A stretch of 64,000 nucleotides of DNA from the NCBI GenBank assembly GCA_012026655.1, contig JAAILG010000064.1:1-64000 (forward strand). Direction: 5' to 3'. The notes under the pieces are model-generated. The model saw only the letters and a program-made list of their open reading frames with translations. It did no database searches and was not told where the DNA came from. The position numbers were made by a program, and so were the translations under genes. Source of the DNA: Hydrolagus affinis. Its lineage: Eukaryota. Of this stretch, positions 10,036 through 23,566 are shown piece by piece; position 1 is the stretch's first letter, and every line of letters begins with the position of its first letter.

Positions 10036-11939
10036 AAATGCCTGATTATTGTAGCTTTATACAACATAAGGAGTAGATTGCATTTCAATTGATATTAATA
10101 TTCTTTGCAATTCTTTTAAAACTCATTTAGTTTAGATTAATATTAAAAGTCCAGAATTCCAACTGTTTCAATTCAAAAACTAAAGTTTTCAAAAGGAAAT
10201 CCCTTTTTCCTGCAACTTTATTCTGGGTAGAACACGTTTGCTCTTTTTTTTACAGGAGGGAATCTAATCCACAGTGTAGAATGTTTCCCAATACTTTCAG
10301 CACTATTTTGATTATGACAAATGTGTTCTTGAAATCATTCACTTGGATCTAAAAACACTGAGTAATTTTAAGAAGACTATCATGGCAACCGTTATTTTAT
10401 TAGATCGCTTTGATTATTGCTAAGAATTTTTTTCTGGTTGTAATACCCCCCTTAATCAGTAAATTCAATAAAACATGAACAAAAGGCTTTGATCTACTAT
10501 AATTGGGACTTGTAATCAAGTTTTTTTAAAACTATTACTAATCTGGATAAATCTGCGTTTCATAATTCTGGTAAATTGCCGAAACCCAATTTTTTTTTTA
10601 CAACTTGTTTTGCAATTGTCTGTTTGAATCATAACAGAACTATAATCCTTGCATTTTCATGCGATTAGGGACATCTGACGTAAAAGGCACTTTACGAATG
10701 TTAGTTGTTGTTGATATAGCATCTTTCATATTGGGAGGATGTCTCAAAGTGCTTAGCAGGATTTACTATACAGTGTAGGGACAGCAGCCAATTTGTGTTC
10801 TAGTCATGTCTCTCAAACAGTGAAATTAGCGGTTAGTTTAGTTGTGTAACCACATAATATCGGAAAGTCTTCCAAACTGACTGGTGACCTCTGTGGAATT
10901 TGAACCATAATGCTTCACCCGTGGTAGGTATTTGTGGGATATTCAGAAGGAATGTTTCAATTTTAGTTTTTACAAATGGGGTGGGGGGGGGAAGGATCAA
11001 GTTTTAACAACATTTGCACTTTTGTGCTTAGCTCTGTTATACTGCAGTAAAACAAGATGGTTGAGGATTAACATTATGCTGTAATGTGAGATTGAGCACG
11101 TCTGATCTGACTGGCTACTGTGCTCCCTGCCTTAAGGGTAAAGTGTAGACCATGGAATAATGGCTGATCGGAATCTGCATATTTGGAAGGTGGATTTCTG
11201 AAAACTAAAGTTTCTTCAATTGCTCTAAATTGAGCAGCAAGTGGTGCCCGGGAACTGTGGCTGATCAGAGTATGCTCATGTTCCAGCCCTCAACCTTGGA
11301 ATAAACTGAAAGATTAGGAGGGCAATCACTAGTGGGTTTAAACTGGGGGTGGATTATTTTTTCAACAAATACTTGAGGATAAGGTCATTAAATATCTTTC
11401 AACTGAAATATAATAATTTCATAGTTTTACACATACTTCAGAGAAGTTTACGAGATCTCATTTTAAATAACTCCCTCTCTGATCTCTTGATGTTCTGTTA
11501 TCGTTTCTCCCCTCCTCCATTTAAAACTCTAATCTGTGGTGTTGGACGCAGAACAGCCTAGGAACAAACTGCAGATCATGTCTCAATAAGCCTGCAGGAA
11601 TTGCATCACATCGATAAACTATTCTGAGTGAAATGCCTCACAAATTAAACACGGCATCAAACCAATGACATCAACCCTAACCCCAGAAAAACTAACTGCC
11701 CCATATAAATTTGAACTGTATACATTAAGAATCCTAAAATAACTAGACTTCAAGGCTGCTGCAATCTGCAATCTCTGGGTTTATTCAACTACTGTACTGC
11801 TTGTCCTTTGCTTTCAGTCTGACAGTGATATGACATTTCAGTAGAGGAGGTCTAATGAGCATCTATGCTGGTGCCATTTACTCTAATGGGTCTGACCCCT
11901 TATCCTAACTCCCTTTTCTTTACCAATTTCCTATTGATT

Positions 11940-12310
11940 ATAATATTGGTCATTTCAATCCACCACTGTTTGTGGGACACTGCTGTGCACAATCGGCTGC
12001 GTCATTTCACCCACAAATACACAGTCATTGCATTTTATAGTTTTTTTTGTGAAGTGCTTTGATAAGTCTAGAAGATGTGAAAAGCGCTATAACAGATGCA
12101 AATACAATAATATTATTATTGATTAGAATAGAACACTGCTCCCTAATATCACAACTGTGGATTTTATTATACTCCAGTTTTCTTCTCACTGTAAGTAGCA
12201 TCATATTGTGTGTGTGTGTGTGTGTGTGTGGAGTAAGGAAACGTGCCTGAAGTTTTGCCCCATCTAGAAATTGAGCCTGTATCCTCTCACTTCCCAATAT
12301 GCTATAGGAC
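11940..12310. mobile_element. SINE 3' half (+, 11940-12120) and SINE head (-, 12205-12310) carrying (GT)n
   Basis: Family body and tail, then (GT)n-ggagtaaggaaacgtgcc...gctataggact. Confidence 0.8.
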
Positions 12311-12759
12311 TTAATTGGAGACAATCCTTATATAAAGGCCTGTTCCCCTGAATGTTAGTTGAAGACAGCTTTCACTGTACAGTATTTCCATTGGCATTTT
12401 TATTTCCATTGACTTCTTAAAATAAACCTTTCTCTGCAAAAGTAGTCACTGCATGTGATTGTTAATTACTGCTTCAAGATTCTTCATTTGAAACGCTTGC
12501 CACATGTCTTTTAGTAAGCAACAAAAGAGCATTTGAAATGAATCTGAAAACTTTGAACAGCATACAAGTCAATCTGATCTGCTACCGCTCGAGATGTCCT
12601 CACAACAAAATGTATATTATATTGCTGAACAAACAGCAGTTATATAATGGTAACGATTTGTGGAAAAAATATCCACAGCATCACAATATAAATGTATCTG
12701 TATTTGGTATTGCACTGCAGCTAAGGTTTATCTCCCTATATCTCCGACCTACTTATTTC

Positions 12760-13055
12760 CCAACCCAATATCTGTTGCTTCCGCTCAACTGTCTCCAGCT
12801 TCCTCTTGTCCCTTGTACCCTCTGTTCCACCATCAGTGGGTGCACTTTCAGTGACTGCAGTCCGAAACTCAAAAGCACTCCTTCAATATCTGTGCCTTGC
12901 CTTCTTCCCCACCGTCAGGTTGTGCTTGAAGACCTTTCACTTCAACCATGCTTAGGTGTCACCTCCCGTCTGCCTAGAGTCCTGCTCAGCCACTGTCGAG
13001 CATTCTAGGACGCTACCTGCGTGAGGGACACTATATAAATGAAAACTGTTGTTAT
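12760..13055 (+). mobile_element. L2-type LINE 3' fragment, old
   Basis: ctctgttccaccatcagtgggtgcactttcag...gagcattctaggacg...gtgagggacactatataaatgaaaactgttgtt. Confidence 0.6.
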
Positions 13056-14234
13056 CTCAGCCCAATGTCTGTTCTTAAATTAAGACATGTTTAGTTCCAC
13101 TGGGCTGGATGTAACCTTTCTAAATGAGACTGTGTTTCTAGCTGCTGTTAACATACAGTTAAGTGTGAGCACTGGTTGTTTATGGAAGTACTGTTGTTTG
13201 TAATATTGAAAGGCTTCTGATAGATTTAATAGCTTCCTTTCAAGTGAGCAGTGTTCCTAATGTACTTGAAGCATCACGCTCGAGGGCGCCCAGCATATAA
13301 AGATATGCGTCACAATGTTTGTGTTTATATTAAAAAAAACACAAATGAAGTGCTGTAACAGCATTCTCTTTGTGAGGGGATACCAGCTGAAAGGCCTTTT
13401 GTTGTATTATTTATGCCTCACAGACTGTTGAATTGGGGTGGATGCATGAGGTGATACTAAGGTTAGAAATACTGAACAAAGGATGGTGTAAGTCTTAAAT
13501 AGTGCTGTTACTGCATTAAGTGTTTCAAGCTGTCCAAAAACAGCACTAACCTCCACCTCATCATCTGAGAATGCAATGATGAAAACCTCGCTAGTGTGTG
13601 AAACTCAGCATTTCAGCAGAGATGACTATGCTTTTTGTATGAGCAGTCTTTTATCACATGTTTATCTGCATTGTATTAACGTAACCTTTTGTCCTACAAT
13701 AGTGAGCTGTGTACAAATGCGATTTCAGCAATGCTGACCAAAAAGCCATCTCCTTTCTATAACCTTGGTTGCGAATTTTGTGCATATACCGGAATGCACA
13801 ATAGAGACTCACAATAAAGTTCAGCCTAATAGTATTTCCAAATCCATTCTCCTGCGATCACCTATATTTTACAGTAAATCCTGTAAAGCTCTTTGAGTCA
13901 TACTTCCAACATGAAAGGTGCTATATCAAATGTATACTGTAGATGGTTTGTAAAATTGAAAAGAACATCAGGCCTGTAAAATCTGGTTTATTCAGAATAG
14001 TCTGTCTACGCACATCTTCCACTCTTGTATGATTTCATCCCTTAACCAAAATTTGCAAAGGTCCCAGGTGAGATTACAGGGATGAGCAGTTTTAAGGGAA
14101 GGTGTCATTTTGTCCATGCCTCGCGAGTTCTCCAATAGGGTTCATCTTTAAAAGCTATGTAGTGTTAAATCAAGCCAGTTTTTAAATCAGGTTTGAGTTT
14201 GTGGCACCTCCCAATGTCCAGTTCAAAGAAGCTT

Positions 14235-14540
14235 TGGCTAGAGCAGTCGCTTTACAAGCGTGAGATTGTGTTTCGAATCCAGGCAGGTCAGGGCGAAACC
14301 TTGGGCAAGTTTCCTTACTCCACACGCCTAATAGTAATCTGTCCAAAAAAACTTATAATAAATTGGTCATTGCAACCCACAACTGTTTGTGGGCCACTGC
14401 TGTGTGCAATTGGCTGCCCCGTTTTGCCCACAAATATACAGTCAATTCACTTTACAGTCTATTCTGTGAAGCACTTTGAGATGTCTAGATTAGAAGACTT
14501 GAAAAGCACTATATCAAATGCAAAGATTATTATTATTATC
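14235..14540 (+). mobile_element. SINE, variant with 5-nt insertion after the B box
   Basis: gtgttcgaatccaggcaggtcagggcgaaacc head, then full body and tail. Confidence 0.9.
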
Positions 14541-15558
14541 CAGAGTTAGTTGGATCTCCTTGCTTCAGTTTTCATGATCCTGATTTTTTTTTAAATTCTT
14601 GACGACAAAGTTGCTTTTGTTTGTCATTTCAGATTCAATATCAAAGCTTCATAGTTTGGGATTCATGCCTAAACACAAATGAGTTTATAAATGGCACACT
14701 GATTTTTAACAATAAAAATTTACAATATGTTGCTTGCTGGAGTGCACTTGAAACCACTGATGTTAAGTGATTACACCAACATTTTTTTTCCCCCATGCTG
14801 ATGAATGATTCATCAAACATTTTCCAGGAAAGTGAATTATACAGAAGTGAGTGCATTTCATTTTCCAGCTCTGCTTCCCATTAATTCCAGAAAATAACAC
14901 CACCCATCAGCTTAAAAATATCCAGTTCGACTTGTACAAGGTTCAGCCGAGGATGATGCCATTTTGCCCGTGCCATGCTTGTTCCTTAACAGGGTTATCT
15001 ACTTATCATTTCCTTTCATTCTTTATTTAACTTCTAATTTCCTTTTAAATTATCAAATTGATTGATTAATGTAAAAGGAAATTTGGCAATAAACCACTAT
15101 GCTTGTCTATTTCTAGCAATTTCCAAATTGATACAGGAAGGTATTTCTTTACGTAGACTGTAATTAACAACTGGAACATGTAGGAATATGTGAGGAATTA
15201 TTATTAGGGAGGGCGGTTAGGTCAGATTTTTTTTAACAAAGGGTTTGATGCTGTGATGGAAGGATGATGGGATGGGTGTTCCAGTCTGCGGTTTGTCATA
15301 CTATCAGAGGTACAGCCACAAATATTTATGCATGACTTAGCAAATTATGCTTGCCTGCATTCATTTAAATCTAAGGCCTCTCAAGCAGCTTTTGTGTTTT
15401 TTTAAATCCTAGCCGAGTGCAAACTAGATAGTTTCTCTGGAGTTTTCTGATTTACATCAGCATTAGTTTATCGCTTTAGAAAAGTCTCATCTTTTGGAAC
15501 ATTACCAAATTTGGCTGTAGATTTAATCTCTGGAGATGTCTGAATATAATATGCAGTA

Positions 15559-15899
15559 GAATCCTATAGTTTAGTGGTTAGCGCACTTGCCTCACAAGTG
15601 AGATGATCTGGGTTTGATTCCTGGGTGGAAACTTTAGGCAAATTTCCTTACTCTACAACCCTCAGTTTATCTAGCAGTTGTTAGTCAGTTGGTGGATCGC
15701 TATTCTGGGGGTAATAATCCTGTTTGGATGGGGGGGATTATAATTTGCGTCGTTCATTCCACAACTGTTTGTAGAACACCGCTGTGTGTAATTGGCTGCC
15801 ATGGTTCGCCCACAAAATATACAGTTAATTCACTTTACGCTATATTCTGTGAAGCTCTTTGAGACGTTTTGACATCAAATGTAAAGATTGTTATTATTT
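15559..15899 (+). mobile_element. SINE, long variant
   Basis: tRNA-like head, gtttatctagcagttgttagtcagttggtggatcgc segment, body and tail. Confidence 0.85.
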
Positions 15900-16639
15900 A
15901 TATACTGTATTTCCTGTTATAGGTGTACTGCATTGCAGATTATAAATTGTGTTCCAACATGATTATTCCAATGATTCTTTGCCAAGTTAGTGATTTTCTT
16001 TTGCAGCTTACATACTGTTGCAAATTTGTCATAGACCATGTTTGTTTTGTGGTTTTAAAAAAAAGCAATGAGTTATGTCAATTTTTTTGCTGTATTCAAC
16101 TTTATTTCTAACTCGCTGGAAGTGCAGGGATACCACTCCCAGCAGTAAAGCGATTAGGAGCAGGAAACCTGATTTGTACCTTTAGTTTCTAATCGCATTG
16201 GCCAGGGCTGAGGAGATTTCCACGCGAGTGCCACATTCCCGATATCGGGTGTAAAGTAATTAAAGCCTCAGTCTTGCTAATAATACTTTTAAGAAAAAAA
16301 CTTAAGTTCCTGAGCAGAGCCCAAAGCATTTTCCATCAGCTCCATTTTCCCTGCAGTGTTTGTGTGAATTTGCTTTTGAAACCACCTTCTTGACATGTAT
16401 TTTAGAGTTGGGCTGTTGAGCAATTTTCTTCAATTTGCACAGTAAAATTTTTTTGTCACATCATACAGAGGCCTCACATTCCTAACACAGTGTTGAGGGT
16501 CCCTGCATCATTGGAGAATACTATCCTTTGGATGGAAAATTAAATTCTATCTAAATATATGGAGTTCAGCTAGCTAAACCATCAAAGTTTACCAATGAAA
16601 GCACTAGTGGCGAGCTACCTGCTTAGACCACTAATATTA

Positions 16640-16810
16640 ATAATAATCCTTGCATTCGATATAGCTTGTCATGTGTTCGAGACATCTCAAAGGGCTTATA
16701 CCGTAAAGTGAGTTAACTATATTTTATGGGTGAAACACTGCGGCCAATTTTGCATAACAGTGACACACAACAGTCATGGATTGAGTGACCACATTTTTTT
16801 TGAAGGGATT
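16640..16810 (-). mobile_element. SINE 3' half
   Basis: Reverse-complement tail and body. Confidence 0.75.
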
Positions 16811-17809
16811 AATCAAGCTTGCATGGATAACGAGAAGCGAGAGTGGGGAAAAATCCCTGCTCTTAATGAGTTTCCTCGGGCAAGGAATCGTGATGGGAGG
16901 GGGTGGGGGGTGGTTGAGGGCAGGTGAAGGAAGTCGGAAGCAGAGTCTCCTTGGACCTGAGTTGGCACTTATTATAAAGGTTTGAGGAGCACAAGCCATT
17001 ATATAACAGTATTCTGTCATTGTTGGGAGCAGTAACCGATGAAAAGCAGTTTTATTGCTTGCTGACTAATTGTTAGCTGTGGTCAATGTGGATTTTTTAA
17101 AAAAATCAGTTTGGGTTTAATTGCATACATCTCCCTTGTACTGTAGTTTAGCTGCCTTTAGCAAACCTATCATTTGGAATCCCTCCTCAGTGCGCAGTTT
17201 TTAAGTGAGAACAGCCATAATTCAATCAAACTTTCTTAAGATTACCTGCTGAGAACTGAGTGAATAAATATAACCAAATCTTACCCTTTATCAACAATGC
17301 TATTGATTCATATGAATGCAATAAAAAGTGATGTACTATATAGTATTAAAGTTCATTAATGCTGTAAAGCAATTCATTTATCTACATTAATCTTTTTGAT
17401 TCAGCAGTCAAAATTCAGATCCTAATCTAAGCTTTGATTTGGCCAAGCAGGACTTTCTGTTTAAAGATTGTTCTCTGCACAAGGTTAAAGCAACCATTGT
17501 CAGCGATCTGTTCATACATAACCTGTGCATAATCCTTTGGCCCACTACTCGGTTGCTTTGATTTCCCAACTTAAAATGTGATCATTTCTGATCTTATCAA
17601 CATTCAGCACAGTAGTTTACATGGATGTGAAATTAGATTTTTAGAATCTTAAGATCTTTAGTGGTTCCACTGTGTAACTTTTTGTTATGAATCTAAAATG
17701 ACAATCTCGCAATCCTCTGTGAAAAATTGCATTATTCCTGAATTTGCTGTTTTATTCAAATTGATACTATCTCAATAACTGAGTGTGTGTGATGTATAGA
17801 TGTGTATTT

Positions 17810-18075
17810 ATGCTGCGTTTCACCAACAAAATATACAGTCAATTTACTTTACAGTTCATTCTGTGAAATGCTTTGAGCCGTCTCAAAGTGTGATATGGCA
17901 CTATATCAAATAATAATCCTTGCATTTAATATTTGACAAATGCAAAGATTATTATTGTTATGGAAACTTTAACACCCATCTGAACAGTCGGACAGAATCT
18001 CAGTTTAAAGTCTCAACCCAAAGAGGGCAGCTCCATCGCAGAATACCAGCTCAACCAGATTGATGTTTCAAAATT
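17810..18075. mobile_element. SINE tail (+, 17810-17960) followed by an older DeuSINE fragment (-)
   Basis: Family tail, then cagtttaaagtctcaacccaaagagggcagctcc, the reverse of the Deu-type ggaggtgccgtctttcggatgagacgttaaac motif. Confidence 0.65.
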
Positions 18076-19494
18076 AGAGCGGCTGAAATGGCATATGTAT
18101 ATTTTGTGTCTAAGTAATAAACCTTCTGTAAGCCATGCATTTTAGGCCTTAATAAGGCCAGTCTAAAATATTCAGCCTCTACACAGTTTTCAAAAATGTT
18201 TTATGCACAAGTTTGCTGTGAAGTTGAGAGAAAATCTATGGTGGGGGAGTATTAACGTCCAAATATTTATGTAATGAATGGACACCCTGAAATTTGACGA
18301 ACACATTAAAAAGCATCTGTTTGCAGAAGTTTTAAATTTATTATTTTTCATTTTAAAAACCGGCATGGTGATGGCTTCACATTCAGTCACTCCCAATGCA
18401 TGTTTTTCATTTGCGTTCCGGTTGTCTTGGGGCGTCCTCGAAAGGTGCCATATAAACGCAATTTATTGTTCGTTGATATTTTGTTTGAAATGATTTATAA
18501 ATCACTTTGCAGGGTGAAAAATAATAATATGCATTTGATATAGTACTTTATCATATCGTTGAGATATCATTGAAACGTATCAAAAGTGGTATGTATTTTT
18601 AGAATTGCTAAAAGGTCTAATCTATATCACAAATATGCAGAAGTTTAACAGTACAATAAGTTTTAATATTCATACCAATAAGTTCTCTTTAACACCCCTA
18701 CCCAGACTGAATGTGAGAATCAGAATATAATAGCTCATAAATAAACAATAAAAAAAACTGCATCTGATGCCAATAGGAAGCAAAATAGCGTAATACAAAT
18801 CTGTATTCGGGTAGTTACTTTATTCCTATTTCATCCTTGAAGCATGTTAATCTATGCATTTGATATAATTGCAGTGGAATGTTACTTTGTGGGCATTTTA
18901 TCATCAGGACAACTCACTATTCAATTCACTGCCTTAACAATCCTGTTTTATTTCATTTGAAACTGAAGATGACTAATCCCAAATTGACTGAAGAGGGCAC
19001 CTCATTATGGCACATAAAGGCCAGTCTATTGACTGCACTTAATAGCAAGTTTCCACTTTGCTAACACAGTCAACAACTTAATTATTTGTGCTCAAAGCAT
19101 TTGTCTTGATGTATTATTGATATGATGTTGATATTATATATAAAAAAAGATGGACCTTCTGGAAGCGAATGCTTGGCAAACTGGTTTTGAAAGTATTCAC
19201 CAACTTCTCAAAAATGGTACAGAATGTGCTTAAAACTTGATTTTTCTTCCTCTAACAGTGGACACTGATTGACTTCCTCGAGGGTATCGGCTTGTAGTTA
19301 CAGACCCTAACAATGTCAGTGACCTTAATTAACATCACGAGAGATAAAAGGCATTAACCCAGAGTGTTTCAGCTTCAGCTGTGTGGCAGGTTCGCCCAGC
19401 ATCCTCAGGCTATTGAGCTCAGTAAATCTTCCAGGGTAACGCACACACACAAACACACCACCATGACACAATATTTAGCATTCAGTTTTAAAAC

Positions 19495-19592
19495 TCTTGC
19501 ATTTTGATATAACGCCTTATCACGTCTCACTTTAGATGTCTCAAAGCGCTTCATGAACTATACTATAAAGTGAATTAACTATGTTTTGTGGG
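19495..19592 (-). mobile_element. SINE tail
   Basis: cttgcattttgatataacgcc...gtctcaaagcgcttca...aaagtgaattaac. Confidence 0.75.
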
Positions 19593-20584
19593 CCAATTAT
19601 TTTGTAACTGATTACTATAAAATTACTGATTTTATAGTGAGAAAAAGAAAAATCTATTTTTAAGAAAAATCTATTTTGAACAAAAATCAGCTTATAACGT
19701 ACCGATTACTTACTATAAAAATGGACTGCTGAGGGGTCCAAGTGGAGAATAGCAGTCTACAGCACCACTCGAGTTGTATTTCCTCAAATTCCTCAACAAA
19801 TCTATGAAGTTTTCCAGTCTTACTCTAAACTGGTCTAGAGTATTGGAACTGACATCAAAAGTCAAAATAGGTGCGTGGCTGACTTGCACTGCAAACTAAT
19901 ACAGGTCTGAATTAATTAAAGTAAATCAGAATTTTGATATTTTAGCCTTAAGGTTGGGGACTTAAAATTTACAATTGTGTGAATTTTGGAAAAGTATTAA
20001 ATTCAGTGTTAATTAGGAAATCGTGTTTCCGCAGAGTTTAATTGAAAACAACTGTCGTATGGTATTGTGGAACGATCTTGCGATTTTTAAAATCAGCAGA
20101 AAAATTGGATTCACTTGACTGGCCTAGTTGCTTTCAAGAGATGTAATTTCACAAGTTAAGTAGGTTTCTGAGTGTTTCATTCAGGGCTCTCCCAACAGAA
20201 ACCTGGAGGAAAGTGGTTGAGCTGTACATATATGGAGGAGGAGGAGGCAGCAATAAGGTTGAGATCTTTTCATGGTTAAGATCAATTATGGAAGATCAAA
20301 CAGCTTAGGCCATCATTTTTCATTTCAGAGACAGCAACATCTTTGCCCTCCTTATATCATAACTGATTAATCATGCAATTTAAATAACATGGACAGGAAA
20401 TAGCACAAAATCTGGACAGCTTTCAAAACCATTATCTGGAATGGGCATAAAGGGGGATTTTAAGGAAAGTAAACTCAGGCAGTATTAACGATTAGTGAAT
20501 GAAGACAGGCACCTGTGGCATGTGAACTCAAAGTGCAATTGTACAAAAGTGTTGAACCCAGTACTCGGGAGCACACCCGGGCAT

Positions 20585-20795
20585 AATTGACAGTATATTT
20601 TGTGGGGGAAATGCGGCAGCCTATTGGGTACAGCAGTGTCTCACAAACGGGGGTGGATTGAGTGACCAAATTCTTAATTATTGATTTTTTTTAAAGGAAT
20701 TATTGTCCCTGAAAAGCGATCCTCCAATTGACTAATAGCCAGGTTCCTACTTACTCCTAGGTAAACAGTTGTGTGGAGTAAGGAAAATTGCCCAA
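20585..20795 (-). mobile_element. SINE internal part, long variant
   Basis: Body plus aaaagcgatcc...ccaggttcctacttactcctaggtaaacag...ggagtaaggaaa. Confidence 0.8.
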
Positions 20796-21889
20796 CAGCA
20801 TAAGCCTGTTTAAAATTTAAGAGAGACTCCACATTTTCAATACTACTCCTTTCCCAACTCCTACTTGGCTAGTTTTAAAGTCATCAGAAATATCCAAATA
20901 TCAATTTCTGATTAGTTAATTTAACACCTCACAAAAATATTTTGCACACTCTTAAAAACTACTATTTCTAATTCAACCATGGAGATGGGATGCGACGGAA
21001 CATTTGCATGGCGAAGTGATCTTTGGATACTAAAGTGAATAGACTAGATGTATTGACTGGTGATAGAGACAGAACATTTACAGTAGTGATTCAACCAATG
21101 TTTGAGATGGGAAAAGGAGGGCATAAATTTGCAATTAAATGGCTAAGAACTAAAATTATCGTCTTAAGTTTTTGATCTTAACTAGGATTTTTGACTTTAG
21201 AGAGTTGATCTTAATGATAGGTCACATTGCTTACTGCAATTTTTTAACATTGAATAATGATGATCTCAAGTTGGATTTTAAGTAATTATACTGTAAATTG
21301 ATCCTAAATAGGCTCAGCTGTAATAACTATTGAACTTTGTTGGCAAACTCATGAAATGAAAATGCCATTGCAGAAGTCTTTTTTTTCCCCCCGCGCCCCC
21401 CTCCCCCCCCCCTCCCCCAAAAATCTGAATAAATAGTAATGTGCAAACAATAAATCCAAACTTGTTATTATCCGTAAGCTGGGTTTAACTGGACCATACA
21501 TTAATGCAGGAAAATAGGAATTGATCCAGGAAAGATTTGCTTTGGATAAAGATGAAATGATGTCACAAATACTCAAATGTCAAATTCTCAAATCAGTGAG
21601 GTTAGTGGGTTTCAGCTTTTTGAGAGATTTCTGGACTGGTTTATTTAGATTTAATGTGTCACCACTTTCATATGCTATTATCTTGTCAAGGTTCACATAA
21701 ATAAGAGTATCATTTTTAAGAGTACTTTCTTGGTATTTTGTTCTACAACAACAAGAGCAAAATTACATTTGTATCGGGCCTTTCACGTCGGGAGGACATC
21801 TCGAGGCCCTGGTTAGTATTTCCACCAAAAGTGGTCAGGTACATTTGTAGTGTTGTCAATATATTCCAATTTGGAAGGTGCCAAAATTT

Positions 21890-22070
21890 AATAATAATAA
21901 TCCCTTCAAAAAGAATTTGGTGACTCAGTCCATGAAAGTGTGGGACACTGCTGTGTTCAATTCATCCGCAGAATATACAGTCAATCCATTTTACAGTATA
22001 TTCTGTGAAGCGCTTCTGAGATGTTTTATAGATGTGATAAGACTCTATATCAAATGCAACGATTATTATT
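21890..22070 (+). mobile_element. SINE 3' half
   Basis: Family body and tail. Confidence 0.8.
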
Positions 22071-23129
22071 TACTGGATATGCTCGTAGCTTGCAAACAGA
22101 ATATAAAGCACCTTGAATGCAATCTGTTTGGGCCATTTTTAGTAGCATTTCTGTTTAAATTAAAAAAGCCTTGATGATTATGTACAATTCACCTTAAGTA
22201 TATGTTAGTGTTATTTAGAAAATATAACCAGAGTACTATAATTCCTCTGAAGCTGTAATTACTAAGTGCTTGGCTATACTAAACCTGAAATAAAAAATGC
22301 CATCTCTTTCCAGTCTCCCGCCTTCATTTGCTTGAGTAGATCTACCACAGCTGAATTCAATATAACTGAAAGCAGGCATGGAGCAAATGAGTTTTAAAAA
22401 AAATAAGATTACGTAAGTACAGTGTTTATTTAAATTCATTTGTGGATATTCCTAATCAATGATACCACAAACAGATTTTTTCCTTAATCTCTGGAGAACG
22501 TTAACATTTTCAGTACATGCCTGAAGGAAATGGATCTTTGGCTGGGTTTCCTTGCTAAAGAATAAGTACAGGACTGTAGCAGAATGTTGCAATATCTACT
22601 ATTCATCTCATTTACGTCCCAATCACCAATGATTGCCAGTCTTCCTGCTTTTCATAGGAATGGAAAAGATTGGGAAAGAGTAGCTTGTTGTATAGGAGGA
22701 TCGGATTGAACATTGGTTAACAACTATTCAAGGACAGATCAAGCCAAGCAGCTGCAAGGTTAACATTTACATTTAAACCGCCACAAATAATTATCATAGA
22801 CAGTTCTGAAATCTCAATGATAGCCCCCATCTCTTATGCCTCTCTCTCCCCCACCACCCACTCAAGTTCCATAGCTACGAGATCTAAAGTCTGGCTGCCT
22901 TTGGCCAATTTCTACCTTTGTGAAGATTTAATTTAAGTAATAAAGTAATTGAAGCAAGAAGACTGGAAAGAGATGGAAATTTTTGTTTCAGTTTGGAACA
23001 GCAAAACTGTAGGCCGAAGATTTTTTCCCCCGTGTATTGGATAGCAAAACTAATTCAGCACATTGATCCACTTTAATTGGTATTGTGTTAGCCTGTCATC
23101 AAAGTAACCAGCTCTACCTTTGTCTTCAG

Positions 23130-23566
23130 GTGGTTCAAGCTGGAGTCTAAACCAGGCAAGAAGTCAAAAGAAAGAGGTGAACTTCAAGTAAGCATCCAAT
23201 TCATGCGAAACAACATGACTGCAAGTATGTTTGACCTTTCCATGAAGGATAAAACGCGATCCCCGTTTGCCAAATTCAAGGACAAAATGAAAGGAAGAAA
23301 AAACGATGGTACTATTTCTGACCATTCTTCTGCAATCGTTCCAAGTTCAGCCTCAAATTCTGACCAGGATGCTTTAGACGTAGATAAGCAGCAGAAATCC
23401 AAGCCAAAAAAAACTTTCCTATTAGGACCTCAGAGACTGTCATCTGCCCAGTCTATGTCAGATTTAACTGGTCCCCGGCAATCGCTGGAGAAGATGAAAT
23501 CCAATACTATAGGACACATAATCTGCAAATCCCACTCAGACTCTGCTAATTCCAATGAAGAAATGG
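23130..23566 (+). CDS. rab11fip2: Rab11-FIP2 coding exon 2 (end of C2; myosin-Vb-binding and MARK2 phosphosite region)
   Basis: Acceptor tttgtcttcag|G completes the GAG codon from exon 1. Translates EWFKLESKPGKKSKERGELQVSIQFMRNNMTASMFDLSMKDKTRSPFAKFKDKMKGRKNDG...KSKPKKTFLLGPQRLSSAQSMSDLTG, near-identical to RAB11FIP2. Donor ATG G|GTAAGT is phase 1; a second, phase-0 donor follows 23583. Confidence 0.95.
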
